The notes beneath the pieces are model-generated. The model worked only from the letters and a program-made list of their open reading frames with translations, searched no databases and had not been told where the DNA came from. A stretch of DNA of 61,813 bases, counting the filler, from Porpidia crustulata (lineage: Eukaryota): assembly GCA_964255105.1 (NCBI GenBank). It is 6 parts of 6 records of this genome, joined end to end, with 100 filler letters (N's around TTAATTAATTAA, not from the genome) between each part and the next. Parts side by side here need not be neighbours in the genome. Positions count along the whole stretch, not along the records: positions 10,333 to 20,561 come from CAXUWE010000812.1; positions 20,662 to 30,888 come from CAXUWE010000813.1; 4 more parts are not named here. The stretch is one strand, 5' to 3'. A program made the translations under genes and the position numbers. This document shows positions 12,645 through 25,117 of the stretch, in pieces. Each line of letters begins with the position of its first letter. The stretch's first letter is position 1.

Positions 12645-13123
12645 ATTACATTTTCGACAAAATGCTATTTTAGGAATCAACGACTATACGCAATACTTTT
12701 GTACGACCGCCCGCTCCTTACGATCTGGCGGCATAATCGATCAACAGGATCTAGATTGGAAATTCTACCGTGTGGGCACATCCGAATTCACCATCGACAA
12801 ATGGGAATGGCACCGCAGTGTGGTCTCAGCCGCTGAAACCGCCGGACTTGCGACTGGTGCCGGTTCTAATGCGGCGCTACTGATGAAAAAGGCTGGATTG
12901 GAGGTCATAGCATCCAGGACTTTGAATTTTCATTTGTGCCGTCGAGCAAGACACCTAACAGCCAGTCTATGGGTAAATACCCCGAACTACTTCGGAAGAT
13001 GCTGGGAGCCGAAGGCATTGCTGGCGAGCAACTGAAGAGACTGACTGAAAATGCTTTTGGTGACCTAGCATCCGAGGAGGGTGTCATCAGAAGTATACTG
13101 TCACGATTGGGAGGAAGTCGTAA
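12645..13123 (+). pseudogene. Frameshifted C-terminal half of a LaeA-like/class I SAM-dependent methyltransferase
   Basis: Reconstructed reading DYIFDKMLF/LGINDYTQYF...LRSGGIIDQQDLDW...RT/FEFSFVPSSKTPNS...EEGV/HQKYTVTIGRKS* needs three 1-nt frame corrections (about 12670, 12920, 13086). No N-terminal SAM-binding half is visible. Confidence 0.65.
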
Positions 13124-14521
13124 GAGACGGAATGCGGTCGTTGTTGTCAAAGCATAAGAGATTATTCACAGCTAAAGTAGACATACAAGTAAATTCGCAA
13201 TCGTTACTAGTTGCCCCCTATGATCAGGGGAGCCTCAATAGCAATTGCTTCTGCCTTAGTTCCGAGATCTCACCAAATTAGAACGCTCACGTATTGCGAT
13301 TGGCTCGATCGGGATTTTTGGCGTGCAGCATCTCATCTCGAGCTTCGCAACGGTATAGTCTACGTTGGGTTGGAAACAGGGGAGCTGGGAATCGGCGCCT
13401 CGTAGGACCAGGGCCCGTGAGCAAAGTTATCACCCTTCTAAATCCTAGATAGCCCCCTATCAAAGAACAACCTCCGAAGCAACATAGTCAATGCTCATCA
13501 ATACCTTCACATCTCAACACGTTGAACGCTCATCAGACGAGCACCTGTTACCTAAGACTTTTCTCAAGTACGATATATCATTTTTAGACCCGCTCTAAAG
13601 TATTAAACGAGTAGAGATTCAGGTTAGTGCAGCCGAACGGGACGATCGTCGAAGATAGATCTACTTTCATGAGGGGTCTAAGCGTAGCAACTGGTGGTTC
13701 GTGCATTCGGAGTTCTTCACGAGTAGGCGGGGGCCACAATTTCCCTATTGGTTCGTTCCGAGTAAAAGGAGAGTTCTTCAGCAATAGGGCACGGCGCCGC
13801 GTGAGCCTTGCAGGCTTGAAGGATCTTGCATCTTTTTAGAGCATCCCACATGCTGTGGCATTAGTTTGTGGAGAAACGTCTAACCCCGGTGGTTTGTATG
13901 CATTGTGAGCATGTGGGATACTATAGATTTTCAGTCAGTCTTCCCTTCCAAGACTACCCACTACAGGTTGCAACCGAGCTTGGTTCTTGCTGTGATAGTC
14001 TTGCCACGTGCGTTTGATGGTTCTGTTACCACGATCGTTCCTGCCGGAACGACCGATGGGTGATGCACCAGCAGATCAGGACCAGTGATTCTGCCGTACC
14101 CAGCGAAATGCCACTAACGTAATGCCGTAGTCTCCATACCAAGAGATGAATTGACGCCCTTGTCTACGCGTCAAAGCATGGAGTCCCATGGTATATTTGT
14201 TGTATCAATTGTTCTGATACCCAAGACTCCCGGCTGTAAATCTGCCTGAACAAGTTACCCGGTTTTGCCTTGACTTTCCACGCGTTTTTCTTTGGCACTT
14301 TATCAAAGATGCATTGTTCTTCTTCCAAGGCGTCTCCTAGAGATGTGATCTCCACCATGTTCTATGTTGTTCATCTGGGAGCCTTAAATTGCGTGATCGT
14401 CCGAGTCTTCCAGAATCCCGGAGTATGGAATTCACTTGGATCCACCATGTCGATTGCCAAGGTACCTTTGGATTTATACCTTCATTTGAGCATGCTCCGC
14501 TTTGCTTCCATTCAGCCACGA

Positions 14522-16077
14522 ATGGGCAGCCCCTACACAGCGTTCTGCATTGTCGCTTTTTTGGCCGCTTTCCTTCTTCCATTGGGCATTCTGTCATTGC
14601 GAAAGCTTCGAAAACCCAACGAAGATGTTGATCAGACGGGTAACCTCCGGAAGTATCAAGACCTCAGAGTCCTCAAAAATCAGCACGAGACTGCTGCTAT
14701 CTTGTCAGACCTCGTCGATAAGGATGGTGCTGGTGCATGGCCACCGAAAGCAAATCACGACTCATGGCCAGCTGCGCTCAAGCCTTACAAAGACATCTAC
14801 CTCAAATGTCTCCCACTGTTGCCGGCGGCAGATCCTTCGACCGATGACAAAGTGAATGAGGAGCGACGCGGTAGATACCGCTCTCTAATGCGAAAACTTT
14901 TGCATCAGCAAATTAATGTTGCTGAAGTCGAGAAGATCATGAAGGCCGTTGAAGTCGGAAATTGGGATGCCTGTCCACGAGATGCCTTCAACGCGGTCTA
15001 TTGTTGCGTTGCAGTCTGTCGTCATGCCTATCGGTAAGGTTGATCTACCTTCAATAAGTGGATCTAGTAAATGATCCCTAATGTCTCCAGCTGGGGAACA
15101 ATTCCCGTTGTGAAAGTCGCTCAGCTCGAAAAGATTGTTGAATTCCCACATGCGCTCGATGTACCTTGGCCCTACCTCCAACGAACCTTTGGCGTGGAGG
15201 CTGATAGTGGGAATAACACAGCTAATGTTCTGCACAATTTCAATGAAAAAGGTGAAAGGGTCTACAAGATCAATTTTGGTATGTCGGACGTGATCACTTC
15301 ATCGGAAGAGACTTTCTTTCGCATGTTTTACGATTTGGAAGTCTTGGTCAGTTTCGCATCTGTAGGCAGTTTTAGCTGTCATTGACAATGTATCAGGCCT
15401 TCCCCATTTATTACGACATGGTTCAAGCAAACATTTATTTCGAAAGAAATGACAAGGAGATGTGTCTCAGACATTTGGAAAGCATAACTCTCCAAGTCCG
15501 TGAGCTCCTCAAGATCTTTTACCAAAACCTGACTGAGTCCCGCGTGTCGCACTCGGTATGGTTAAGCTATGTCCAAGGTTTCCAAGGGTGGGGTATCGGC
15601 AGAATGATTGACGGCGAATACGTCAAGTATGATGGATTATCTGGCAATCATGTTTTGATCTTCCAAGCGCTAGATGCTTTCCTGGGCATGGATCGCTATC
15701 TCTCCGACCAGAATATGGAGAGATATATTCCCGTCAACCAGAGAAAATTATGCATCTCGCTCAAGAAGAATTGTTTCCGCAGTAAGTTCGATGGGGAAAA
15801 AGGCATCGCGATTGAAGGAGAGTTCACGAAGATCGTAAACTACTTGAAGGTAAGATTCATTTCTGTCTTCCAGCAGGAAATCCCTTCTGACATGCTGCAG
15901 GTGTTCAGAGCAGCTCATAGGACCAGAGTAATGCCATACCTAGAGCAACCTGCTCCAGAGCGATTAACGATGACGGCTGGGAAGTCGGTCCTCGAGACTT
16001 CCTCTACCAAAAACACCAGGGAAGCCTTGAAAGTTTTGGATGATATGCTGGTTGTTCGGCTGAAACAGACAGTCTAA
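14522..16077 (+). CDS. Divergent indoleamine 2,3-dioxygenase (IDO)-fold heme protein with N-terminal hydrophobic anchor (exons 14522-15033, 15091-15346, 15397-15849, 15901-16077)
   Basis: Three clean GT-AG introns restore one frame. IDO-like motifs occur in the expected order: HAYRWG, FPHALDVPW, SEETFF, YDGLSGNHVLIFQALDAFLG, MERYIPVNQR and FRAAHRTRVMPYL (proximal His). Confidence 0.75.
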
Positions 16078-16918
16078 GAAGCAAGTCGCATCGAGGCAGT
16101 ACACATTAAGACCTTACGGCAAGGTCTTATTGGCTGGTCTATTAGAGGGTTGGCAAAGTGCTTGTGGGGGCTCGAATTTTTTGTTTTAATTGGTCCTGTG
16201 GATCGGCATGCTTTGCTTAGTCAGAAATATTGCTGTCTAGTGGCCCACTAACATTTAGAAATTCCACATCCCCTTTCACCCTCAGAACCCTACCTAGTCC
16301 TTCGTTGGTGTGGTTCCTTTTTCTGGCAATCCATTCATAAGTTGATGTTTCGTTTATTGGCTGGTTGGTGTTTCCGGCCCTTCCAGGCTAGCCCTATTCG
16401 GGTAGCCTTATCGCTTATTTAGCGCTAGTGGAACTGCAGAGTTTTCGACTCTCCAGACCCCCTCACCCCCTTTCGTACATACTGTCTATATCAATATTGA
16501 CCGCATGTATGGCCACCATAATTGCCTCATATTGACCAGTCGATGCACTGCTGCCAGATCACCTGCCAACATCGTTGTTGGTAAAATTGATTCGAAGAGA
16601 CGTAACGAAGAGCGCTAATACGAAGAGACTTAGCGATGACGTAGCCATTGACTCTCTCGCACTGTCTGAGAACTGAGCCAACATTATTATCTGATGGATG
16701 GATAGCGAGGAATCAACCCCACCTTTCTCTACATATGTTGATCCTATGTTGGCAGATAAATATGGAATAGCAGTGTTTATGAGGTGTCAATATTGGATTG
16801 TATATTGATTGTATATCTAGGTGGTAGGTAGAAGGAAACCAGTATGAGGTGGAAACTTTGCCGCCCTGTGGCAGCCTTGAAAGGCCAAATTATCTACTGA
16901 CCCTCGTAAGCAGGGGGT

Positions 16919-17754
16919 TTAGTACACAGATCTACCGGCAGCAACCGCAGCCTCCTTGTCAGCGGCCAACATCCTCTGTATGGCTGGCCGATTCACGCAG
17001 CGATCCCACCAAGCACTCACAGCTTCGCGACTGACGATGATATCTCCGTATCCGCATGCGACAAGTCTTTGGATTAGCGGAATGTAGTAGATATCCACGA
17101 GAGTGAAGTCATTTCCAGCCATGTAGTCTTTGTGGTGTAGAAGACGTTCTGCAACATCGAAAAACATCTCGACCGACCGCAGTGCATCTGAGACAACGGC
17201 ATCATCGGGAGGCAGTTTCATGAATCTTTTGGCAAATTTCTCGAATGCGATTCTACCTGCAGGCTCTGCGAAGTAGAGCGTTTCTACGCACTGCGCCTGG
17301 TCGAACAGCGCCGCAGCTTCGACGTCGGAGTGGGGGGGTAGAAGTGGAAAGGAGTACTTTGTTGCGAGGTATTTGCAGATTGCCCGACTCTCGTAGAGAG
17401 TGAACCCCTCGGCGGAAGTTATTACGGGTATTTTACCCCACGGGTGACGTTCCTTGTGTTCTTTTGACTGGGTGCAACGGCGTTAGCTCCCCCGAGAATC
17501 GAACGCTGCAGGCAGAGGAACAAATATTGAGTGAGTGAGAAGAAATTTTGAGGCTCGATACGATATAAAATTTGCTCACGCAAGGAGGAGCCGCATCGTC
17601 TTTCAAGAGGAAACAGGTCACCCACCTTTTGCTCCCCTTTTTGGAGATTGAGAAGCACGAGCTCGTAATCCGTAAAGCCACCTTCAGCAAGAGTCAGGCG
17701 GACGCGATCGGTGTTAGTCGAACCGCGAGAGCCATACAGAATAAAAGCTGGCAT
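16919..17754 (-). CDS. Glutathione S-transferase, phi-like fungal class (exons 17754-17626, 17467-16919)
   Basis: N-domain STNTDRVRLTL...KGEQKSKEHKERHPWGKIPV...LYESRAICKYL and C-domain YMAGNDFTLVDIYYIP. The intron is 158 nt with a CTAAC branch site. Confidence 0.92.
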
Positions 17755-18188
17755 TTTCGAGCTGTACAGTAGTTTGGACGCGAGTCCGGGACTATTTGTG
17801 AGCCTCGACATTTTGTAAGTACTCATTTCGAGAGAGATCGGGTCAACCACTCGGTATTTAAGCCGAAAACATCTCGAGAGCAGGAGCTAGCGGTATCTGC
17901 AGAGCCTGGATGCCTTCCCTTCCATCGAAACAATTCGGACTTGGAACGCAGCCACATCTCAGCGTGTGATGATGATTGGTGGGTTCGCTTTCATTACCCA
18001 ATCGAGCTAGCGCCGACGCCTGCTTCTCGGGCCTCAACAATATAAAGCGAGTCCTTTCTCACGGTCCCGGTGATGAATCATGCTGCTTGATTTGATTCGT
18101 CTGCTCGGATTTCTTGCTTGCTACTATTCTTCCTCTCGTCTGAAGGGTGTTGCGCGATAAGCGTGATTGTCTCATCCCCCGCCCAACA

Positions 18189-19527
18189 ATGGTCGGAAGC
18201 GTTGTCGCCCGTAAACGGAATATTAATTGTAGAACCAAGGTGAAAACTGGTTGTACAACCTGCAGGTCAGTCATAGCGGACAGATTCCATCACCGGTCTA
18301 CACCCCAAGACTGTGAGTTCAGACGAGATGTCAGCTCTGCAGTGGTTGTGCTCAATTAGCAATAGAATTAGGAAGGTCAAATGCGACGAGAATAAGCCAT
18401 TTTGTCAAAAATGTGTCAATACTGGTCGTACTTGCGACGGCTACGGGTCGCCCTTTAGAATTTTTACCAGTCAACCCATCCGGCCCACCTTCACTAAGAT
18501 CACCCCTCAGGACATTGAGCTTCTCCATCGTTACTTCTCAACCAAAACCATGTTCGACGTGAAGCTGGGCTGTGACGAAGAAGCCAGGCAAGTCCTCCAA
18601 GCCAGCTTGACTGATCCGCCTACACGACACGCAGTCTTGTCTCTCAGAGCTCTTCGGGAAGATCTCGAGACGTCCGGAGACGGTCCAGCGTCTATCGCGC
18701 AGCAGACTCCGAGCTATCACTATGGCCTCCAGCAATACAGTATAGCTTTGGGGGGTCTTGCGTCTAACTTGTCATCTGCGGGCTCCAACGGGTTGAGGTC
18801 GGCATTACTTTGCTGTCAGATTTTCATCAGCATTGAGCAAGTGCAGAAGAATTACGCTGCTATGGCTCAGCATATCATTCGGGGACTCAGGATCATGCAC
18901 GAGTATCGGGCAAGACCAGGTTTTATCGCCGCGAACAAATTGGCGGCAGCACACCATGATCAACTACCCTTTCTGGATGTTTTCATCATTAAGCTATTTG
19001 CTGCACCATGTAAATTTGCGGATCCTCCAGTAACAGCCGACGTAATCGGGACGACGTCGTCTGTGTGTTTGATGTCGCCTCATCAACAGCCTATTGGATC
19101 TCGCGATCTTCGCACGATTGCGCCCGACATGCGGACAGAGCTTACAAGAATCGCTGCGTCGTCACTTGAATTCCTCGACAAAGTGTCGCAAGTCGAATTG
19201 GTAGAAATCGCTCTTCAACTACTGTCCGAGAAAGCAGCTCTGCTAGACTCCTTAGAATCGTGGCTCATTGATCTTGAACTTTTTCAGACGAAGATCGGAT
19301 CTCCTGGCTCCGAGCCTATTTCAGTGTCTTTCTTGCGCTTCTTCCATCTAATACTGAAAATCGTTCTCTTAGAGACACTAGACTCCTCATCAGATCTATA
19401 TACCAAGCTACAAACTAAGAACAACCGATTACAGGGCATAGCCAACATCATAGGTGAAAGAGTCAGGGCTTACAGAACGTACAGTAAGACTAGTAATAGT
19501 CGAGGAGAGCGCTCCACAGTGCACTGA
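18189..19527 (+). CDS. Zn(II)2Cys6 transcription factor (exons 18189-18265, 18366-19527)
   Basis: After splicing it reads [36 protein letters not shown], a canonical binuclear cluster followed by a fungal TF-like helical region. It is divergent from the GST gene. Confidence 0.9.
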
Positions 19528-19648
19528 TATTTATGGGAAAGTGGCGTAATCTTTTCCAGCCACGCATCTGATTCTTGTCTTTTCACAATCAACGGAATCC
19601 GCGAAATACATTGCTAGCAAGTCGAGCGGGAGAAGGCTGGCATCACTA

Positions 19649-20066
19649 TCCTTTCTGGCCGACTCGTGCGCCAGCGTTTGCGAAGTTCCAGAGCATACCG
19701 GCTTTTATCGCGTTGTAGTGATGTCGACAGCAGGTGTCGGGGATTCGTGGGTAAACCTACCGTGGCTGATCATGGCAGTCTTGAGATGGACCAAGGTCAA
19801 GTACGCGCTTGAGGATCACGGCCTCGTAGACGAGATTCGGCTGACGAGGATGGATTGGACCCTTGTGAGGGTCATGAGGGCTGTGAGGCTGCAATTCGGC
19901 GATCAGAAGCCGACCGACACGAAGACAGACGTGAAAACGCTGGGCATTTATGAGCGATGGAATGAGCTTGGCCGACAGCGTGAGTGTTACTAGTGTGGCG
20001 AGCTTCCTGGTCAAGGTTGCGGTCGAAGGACTCTTCGTCCAAAGCGCAGTAGTTGTGTCCAATTGA
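19649..20066 (+). pseudogene. 5'-truncated, frameshifted NAD(P)-binding reductase (flavin reductase/NAD_binding_10-like)
   Basis: PFLADSCASVCEV...RVVVMSTAGVGDSW...MDWTLVR..., then a frame change near 19950 to DGMSLADSVSVTSVASFLVKVAVEGLFVQSAVVVSN*. No start codon or GxxGxxG N-terminus is visible. Confidence 0.65.
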
Positions 20067-20561
20067 CGCGGCCAAGTAAGTCGTGGACTTTGCTGATATC
20101 AATCTACCATGGAGGAAGACTTCCTGAACGAGCTCTTTTTGAATGTTCTGCGTAGAGTATTGTCAAATTAATAGAATCGGATCCAGACCAATCATTCTGA
20201 GCTTGGATCCGTATACTTCGTAGCTGAGTGTCAGAATAAACGGCGATGCAAGGCCACTGTCCTCCTCCATTGAATGTTCCTGCGGGACGTCCTCAAGGTT
20301 CGAGCTCCAGGTCGGTGCAGTGGATTCCACTAAAACGAGAGCGAGATTGTCTTGACAGCTAGTCATAGTTATCAAGGCTCACCACTGGCTCACCTTAAAG
20401 CAGTCGCTGCTCCCCCCCGAGCCTGGAAATGGAAAGGCTAGAAGTTTCTCGTGATCATGTCTATATAGGTATCTACAAGCAGACAGAGAAATGCGTAGGT
20501 AATTTACCTATCGCTGTGTGCAAATTGGTATGGCCGATTTTTGAATTTAGCGAAAACGAAA

Positions 20562-20661
20562 NNNNNNNNNNNNNNNNNNNNNNNNNNNNNNNNNNNNNNN
20601 NNNNNTTAATTAATTAANNNNNNNNNNNNNNNNNNNNNNNNNNNNNNNNNNNNNNNNNNNN
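20562..20661. other. Artificial contig spacer
   Basis: N44-TTAATTAATTAA-N44. Confidence 0.97.
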
Positions 20662-20764
20662 GGTATGGGAATCTTGCTTTTAAATTTTTATGATTTTTTT
20701 TTAGGGAGGAAGGGAGGGGAAGGGGTTGATTGGTTAGGTTGGTTTGGGAGGTTTGGTTATTCTA

Positions 20765-20960
20765 CATTTTCCTGTTGTGTTTTCGTTTCTTTTTTTTTTT
20801 CTAATGTCCTTTATCTTCTTTTTATCTTCTGCTCTCGTCTTTCTTCTCTTCTTTTCCTTTTCTTCATATCTTCTCTTCATTTTCTCTTCTCTTCTCTTCT
20901 TTTCATCATCTTTCTTCTCTCATTTCTCTTCTTTTTCTTTTTCTTTCATCTTTCCTCCGC
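20765..20960. repeat. Low-complexity polypyrimidine (T/C-rich, TTC/TCT-like) tract
   Basis: About 200 nt that are mostly T and C on the + strand, preceded by a G-rich stretch at the contig start. Confidence 0.8.
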
Positions 20961-21923
20961 ATAATCCTCCACCTCATCCAACTCCGCGCTCCCCCTCTTC
21001 ACATATACAGAAATGAACCCGCCCCCTTTTATTCCACTCCTTTCGATATCGCTCTTCCCTTGATACATCTACACCACGCACACCAAAAAGAAAAAATCGT
21101 CCACGATACGTGAACGTTGATAATTGATGTGTGCCGGGGTTTTTTGGTTCATGGTACTTCATGGCGGCTACACTCCCTCTCAATCAGTAAAAAAAAAAAC
21201 AATTCAAAATGTTTCGAGCATGCCATTGGTATGATGATAAAATATACTCGGCAATCTCCTTCATCTAATACGAAAGCATCAGGATACACCATTACCTAAT
21301 TATGTCACCATCTTCCACCGGCCATCTTCCCTCGAAAAACCCCCCCTTTTCCTAATTGTCTCAGCCCACACGACGCGCCCAGCAAGCCAAAGCTTTTTTG
21401 AAAAAAGAGTGCCGTCAGACAGCGCCCGCCGGTGAATGATCTAAACTGAAGCCTGAAATTCCTTTTCGCAAGCCGCAAGGAAAAAGCCTGATACCAGTAA
21501 CGCCTGCAGCTTCCCACCCCTGCCCCCTATCACTACCGAACCTAGAACACCGCCGAACTGAAAATGCAAAAGAAAAAGAAAGACTGCTGCGCGGTGGCCG
21601 AGCGATTTGAGCGATGGAGTGTTAATGTGTAGTTTGTACCAGTCATGAAGCGCGTAAAGGTCGTGTGACTCGTCCAGAGTTCGATCCCTACGCCGCGGTA
21701 ATGCTGAAGGATGGGTATACTAAGAAAGGGATAAGACAGGCGTATGTTTGTACCTGAGTAAGGTATAATGGTCGAAGGATGCTGGTACTCGAAACAGCCA
21801 TTTAGGATAACCAGTTGATTTATCAAGATGCCTTATACGAGCGTTGAGCAATATTGTGGCGATCTCGAGCAAAGTAGCCGTCTACCAAAAAAACCAGTGC
21901 AAAAGTAAAGAGGTACTAGGAGA

Positions 21924-24308
21924 TCACTTCTGGCTCCATACGTGGCGGTCATCGTACAGGCTGCTGTAGGACCCGACACCGTGGTTGGTATCTAGGACTT
22001 GGAAGCCCTTTTGCATCTCGCTCTCTACGAACATCGATGCACGCTTATAACGCTTGTCGGTATACTTGTCGAATATTGCGTAATGGTGCTTCCGAGGATC
22101 TTCACAGCACTCAAGTAGAAGCAACACCAGGCTGTAGAGCTGTGAATATGTGTAGTTGGAATAGTATACGTGGGCTGGTGACTGTGATAGAGTTAGCTCA
22201 CATCACATACACATAGACTTCGGAAGGGAGGATCACCCAAACTCCCTTCCTCAACATCATCCTAGCCAAACAGTGGGCTCCCGCAGCCGTAAAACTTGGC
22301 GGACTACCAATGAATCGCTCATCCATGATGGTGATCTCAAGAAAGTACTTGGCAAGGGTCCGAGTCTCCAGGTCATAGTCGTCAGCCTTGCTGATTCTTC
22401 GGAGGAAGCTCATTGGACCTGGCCAACCGAGCTCAAATTGAAGCATACTCAGCATGAACCGTTCAGCCTTGAGTATCTCGTCGACTGTGTAGCCGCTATC
22501 GACCATGTAAACAATCTCCGATACCGATGGGCAGTTGATCTCCTCATACTTGGCAGCGACAAATATAGCGGTGGCACCGACCAGTTGGAGTTTTCCCAGG
22601 GACACGATCTTACACGACAAGAATCGATCAATATAGTTGACACACAGAAACAGAGTTTCTGGTAGGAGACCGAATCGGTGGTGAACCTGCACTAACCAGT
22701 CCATCAAAACTGAGCGCATCGACCATTGTATTTCGGCTTGGTTGTCCATGTAGTGAGCGTTGGGAAGCATCTTGATCTACCATAGCCAGTCAACTATCAT
22801 CCAACATAGATACAGGGCAATCATTACCTCAAGATCCCTCATATACGAGAATATTTCGTCACCATACTCAGCGACCATGGTGGTATCCCAAGCCTCGTCG
22901 TCAATCTCTTCTTTTGTCTTTGATCCCTCGATAAGTCTCTTGGCGGAGGCAATCTCTTTCTTAATTTTCTGGTTCGGCTTGGGGAAGAGAACAGTAGTAG
23001 CACCGCTCGTGGTGTTTTCTCCACGAGACTTGTAAGATCGAGCGGTCACGTAACCCTCTTCATCGTAGTTTCCTTCATCCTCTTCATCGTCCCAATACTC
23101 CTCTGGTTCCGGGACCGGAGCGAGTTTGTGTTTCTGGACTGGTATTGACTCAGCTTGTTTGAGCTGCGTCTCCAGAAGTTGGTCAAATTCGGCATCCACC
23201 ATGGCCTTTTTTATCTCTGCTGGAAGAGCAACACCATTGTCCGAAATGGCCACTGGATCTTCAGGGTAACCGTTCTCATCCATATACTGATACACTTTCA
23301 CCTCACCATGGTCGTCGATGTAAATACCATCCGATCTGAGGGTCGCCAAATCTTCGAAGAATTCTGGCACGCTCAAGGGCTCGGCTGCGTGAGGTTTTAG
23401 CTCAACATTCACCGTAGGCTTGCTCTCTGGACGTTTAGCCTTTGCTTGGGAATCCTGTTGGATCTCTGGCTGACTCGGAAAAGATCGACTGCAGATAGGT
23501 TGGTGATTGGGCGCATCGAGTACGGTCGAAAGTACTGCTTTCTGCTGACTCTGTGCAGGTGGCTCCACCGACGCCACTGTTTGGTCTTTGAAGATCGAGC
23601 TACTACGCTTAGTCAAGACTTTACGTGAATTGGCAGTAGTGGCTGCCGGCTGCGTAAAGTGCTGATTCTCAACCAGTCGCTGCTTATTCATCTGATTGCT
23701 GGAGCTTGTAACATTATTTAGTAGACCCTTTAGTCCTGACACTGTCAAAGGACGCTGAGCGGGTCTTAACAGTGCTGTCGCCTTCTTGTCTTGTACTAGT
23801 TGAAAAGGCTTTTCCGAGACATATGTTTCCACTTTGACCCCGATTGTCGAGTCATCCTTGCTCGGGCGAGAGACATTGGATGTGTTGCTAAGGTCCCCAA
23901 AGGCAGTCCTCCTTGCTGCAACCTTAAGATTTCCGGCTTGCACCATCGACGAGAGTGCAGGACTAGACTTGTTCCGCTGGTGTATTGTCTTCTGTGGGCC
24001 AAAAGCAGGCTTTTGGGAAACAAGAGTAGGGATTGTGTTCTCGTCTGCGTAGACGCGTGCATTCCGGATCGGTCTCTGTGGCTATAGGAGCGTTTAAATG
24101 TCAGCAAACTCCGACCAGTATATGCTAACAATGAAGCGACTAGGTCATTGGTAGTGCGCGCCATCATGATATAGCTTCGAACGATTAATGCAGCTGTCTT
24201 GAGCAAAATGCAATCGTCGACTGTGACGGCTTAATTTGACTATTCAAGACAATTGCTGGTGTTCCCTAATGCAACATGGGTTCTCCAAAGACTGACCTTG
24301 GCGTCCAT
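21924..24308 (-). CDS. B-type G2/M cyclin, Clb3-like (exons 24308-24297, 24081-22828, 22776-22237, 22181-21924)
   Basis: Cyclin box MRSVLMDWLVQVH...LGKLQLVGATAIFVAAKYEE and a D-box-like RTAFGDLSN. The N-terminus after splicing is MDAK|PQRPIR...DEN. Confidence 0.93.
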
Positions 24309-25064
24309 GATGAATTGACGCGTTCACGATTGTTCACAGCGTTCGTGGTTGGCTAGCAGAGCTGAATTGCACACCATTCGCGAGTGCTCTATCTGCCAGG
24401 TTTTCCAATCAGCAACAAACAATGCAATTTTGGGGAACAAACATACCAAAGAGCTCAAGAAGATACCGATTGAGTTGGGAATACGATATGCGGACTCGAT
24501 ATGAGATGGTGGCTCTAAGAGGTGCTGGGTAAGAGAGGCTGATGGTTTGTTGACAATCCCCTTTAAGCGTGGGAGAAAAAGCAGGTTAGGCTAGGCGTTA
24601 ACCTGTCTCCCTGAGCGACAAACCACGCTAGTGTTAGTACACCCGTTCTTTCAACAAACGTCACGTCTCTCAAGGAAAGAGCTCTACGACGGTGTCGGGT
24701 ACACTGCAGTAGTATTGTGCAGTATCCGCTTTTTGATTTACTCATAGATTCATAAGAGTATGGCGATCCCGTTCTGAGGTTTTTAGTACCAAATTCCCTT
24801 GGTAGCTATGGAGAACCAGGATTACAAGGAGAGCGACCGTCGCGCAGCCACAGCACGCCACACTCTCGCGCTGTCACATGACCCGTTAGGGTTCCTTTTC
24901 ACTAGTAATCATCGCAATCCTCCTCGTATCTGACGATTTGAAGAGTTCGGTTCTCGATAAAGCGGTATTTATTTCGTATTGACACCTCCACGAATCATGA
25001 TGCCATTATAGGCAACGACCGCCCAAGAAAGTTGCCGAAGACCTGAACCATGGGGAGCACTCCC

Positions 25065-25117
25065 GCTTGACCTATCAGACGCTCATCCTGCTTGACCTAT
25101 CAGACGCCCATCCTGCT
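25065..25117. repeat. 25-bp tandem duplication (2 copies, 1 mismatch)
   Basis: GCTTGACCTATCAGACGCTCATCCT followed by GCTTGACCTATCAGACGCCCATCCT, then GCT. Confidence 0.8.

Noticed and set aside
13584..13839. Short opposing ORFs between the methyltransferase remnant and the IDO-like gene
   Set aside because: No recognisable motif or splice structure. It could be a relic but I cannot support that.
20400..20561. Possible transposon terminus at the end of contig 2
   Set aside because: No matching inverted repeat, target-site duplication or transposase is visible.
20665..21016. Phe/Ser/Leu-rich ORFs resembling membrane proteins
   Set aside because: They are translations of a low-complexity polypyrimidine tract.
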